NCBI GenBank assembly: GCA_963575745.1
Contig: CAUYUJ010000168.1
Span: 1 to 64,000 of the forward strand
Length of the DNA stretch: 64,000 nucleotides
Direction of reading: 5' to 3'
From: Prorocentrum cordatum
Lineage: Eukaryota
Part shown: positions 61,866 to 64,000 of the stretch, in pieces
How the letters are laid out: each line of letters starts with the position of its first letter
Numbering within the stretch: the first letter of the stretch is position 1
Notes under the pieces: generated by a model
Seen by the model: the letters and a program-made list of their open reading frames with translations, nothing else
Told to the model about the DNA's origin: nothing
Database searches by the model: none
Program-made: the position numbers and the translations under genes

Positions 61866-62312
61866 GGTCGGGTGGTTTTCAAAATATGGCTCTCGCCTTA
61901 GCGCGGCGCACATTCGTTGTGAACATTTGCAAGAGTTTCACTCGGGGAGGGCGGGTGGTTTTCAAAATATGGCTCTCGCCTTAGCGCGGCGCACATTCGT
62001 TTTATGAGACTGCAAGAGTTTCGCGGATTGAGGGCGGGTGGTTTCCAGAATGTGGCTCTCGCCTGAGCGCGGCGCATACTCGTTTTGAATGTTTGGAAGA
62101 GTTTCGCGGATTGAAGGCGGGTGGTTTTCAAAATGTGGCTCTCGCCTGAGCGCGGCGCACATTCGTTTTAAACATTTGCAGGAATTCACGGATTGAGGGC
62201 GGGTGAATTTCAAAATATGGCTCTCGCCAGATTGAGGGCGGGTGGTTTTCAAAATGTGGTTCTCGCCTTAGCGCGGCGCACATTCGTTTTAACATTTGCA
62301 AGAGTTTCACGG
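61866..62312 (+). repeat. ~83-bp tandem minisatellite (5-6 units)
   Basis: Repeated GGCGGGTGGTTTTCAAAATATGGCTCTCGCCTTAGCGCGGCGCACATTCGTT. Confidence 0.9.
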
Positions 62313-64000
62313 ATTCCCATCGTCAACGTACCAGACATGGTGTTTTGGAAGGATTCAGGATTATGCGGGTGCAACAGTTACGTTGATTCTCTGTGTTGAA
62401 GTCCTTGGAATGGCGTTCTGGCACGATTCAGGATCGTCAAAACGCAACACTTCGGTTGATCCGTGGCATTGGAATCCAAAGAATCATGTTTTGGCATGCT
62501 TCAGGGTCTTCAAACGGTTGTCTTCCAACGAAGCAGTTCCCTCAATGGACATGAACCGTTGTAGGGGCCTGTGAAGAGGGAGCTTGGAGGGAGGGTTTAC
62601 TCCAACATCCTTGATGACTCTTGGGTTTGCACTGGTCCTCCTCCTCCTCCTCCTCCTCCTCCTCCTCCACGTGCAGCCGCTGCGCGACTGGCGAGCACGT
62701 GCAGTCGCTACGCGAGGCCTGCCGATGCGCACGGCCCCGGAGGGCCCTGCCGGTGTCTGGCAGGCCCGGCGGCGCCGGCGCGGCCGGCCCGCGGGCGCCC
62801 CCGCGCTCCCCGGCGCCGCGCCGCCCATGGCGGAGGCGAGGCACGGCGCTGCGCCCGGCGGCGAAGCGTTGAGTTAGGTCGGGCATGTCCTCCTACAGGC
62901 GGATTTCGGAAGAAAAATCAAGCGTAGCCCACAAGTATTCCAACATGATCAAACATGGCCACACGAAGAACGTCCCCCGAGGAAACTTTGACGATCTTTA
63001 AAATGTTCCTCCTGTAGAGGGACATGCCCGACTTAAGCGTAGAGTCAGGTCTGGCATGTCCTCCCATAGGCGGATGTTGGAATAGCAGTAATAACATGAA
63101 ATAGAGGCAAAGCAGTAAGTAATCAAACGTAGTCAGACAAGCGCGAAACATCGTCCCAAGACTATTCTCTGGACTATTCTCGAGTGTTCCTCCTGTAGAG
63201 GGACGTGCCCGACTTCAGCGTGGAGATCTCCGACAACATGGCTTTTTGGCAATCCTTTGCTCCTGGGTCTTGGCCTCTCGGGCTGTCTGGGAAGGTGGTC
63301 AGAGAAACGCCCCAGCTCGGGCGCGGACCCCTGGGGGGCGGTAGTGGGGGAGGGGGCGCGCAGCGCAAGGAGGAGGAGGAGGAGGAGGAGGAGGAGGAGG
63401 CGGAGGCGGAGGAGGAGGAGGAGAAGGAGGAAGGATGAGAGAGGAGGAGGAGGAGGAGGAGGAGACAGGAGGAGGAGGAGGGAGGAGGAGGAGGAGGAGG
63501 AGGAGGAGGAGGAGGAGGAGGAGGAGGAGGAGGAGGAGGAGGAGGAGGAGGAGGAGGAGGAGGAGGAGAGGAGGAGGAGGAGGAGGAGGAGGAGGAGGAG
63601 AGGAGGAGGAGGAGGAGGAGGAGGAGGAGGAGGAGGAGGAGGAGGAGGAGGAGAGGGTAAGGAAAGTGCGCCTTGCGGGCCCGAAGGGTCCCCTTCTGGA
63701 CCCTGATGGGGGCCCCTTCAGGTGCCCTCAAGGGTCTCTTGTCTGCAGCCCTCGCTGCACCCCCCCCCGTCTCTACCGCACCCCCAATGCGCGCTCCCCA
63801 ACCATCGTGTGGTTTCTTCAGTCCGGGCGGCTTGCCTCGACCTCGGCCTCCAGGGCCCGTTGTTGAGGGCCCTGGGACGGCCCACGCGGGATCTGGGGTG
63901 AAGACCTGGCCCTGGGGGAAGTTGCAACCCAACGACTTTTCATCGATCTCAGTCTCTGGGGGGTGCTGCCGAAGAACACAAGTGCTAGCCAGCGTGGTCC

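Noticed and set aside
61866..62312. CRISPR-like array
   Set aside because: Whole units are homologous, so it is an ordinary minisatellite.

Overview
GC-rich, repeat-dense eukaryotic DNA, almost certainly from a dinoflagellate. The evidence is relics of the 22-nt dinoflagellate spliced leader, introns with GC/GA donors and abundant (CCT)n/(GGA)n tracts; a Prorocentrum-like origin is inference. The only recognisable host gene is a 4-exon anoctamin/TMEM16-family gene (455-4732). The centre is a nested transposon structure. A minus-strand Ty1/copia LTR retrotransposon (19331-50916; 149-bp LTRs, 148/149 identical) carries a C5-cytosine-methyltransferase-like domain between protease and integrase. 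That domain is split by a 23.4-kb DNA element (23909-47321) with ~40-bp imperfect TIRs and a TTGAA target-site duplication. The DNA element encodes a very large, intron-rich putative DDE transposase (DxxH and RW motifs; ~30.6-45.0 kb) and an intronless 350-aa orphan ORF, and contains four spliced-leader relics. One transposase exon is itself interrupted by a Helitron2/Helentron-like non-autonomous element, whose family also interrupts a decayed LINE. Two degenerate LINEs, MITE-like elements, palindromic tandem repeats and microsatellites fill the rest. All calls come from reading motifs by eye; no database search was run and several exon borders are approximate.
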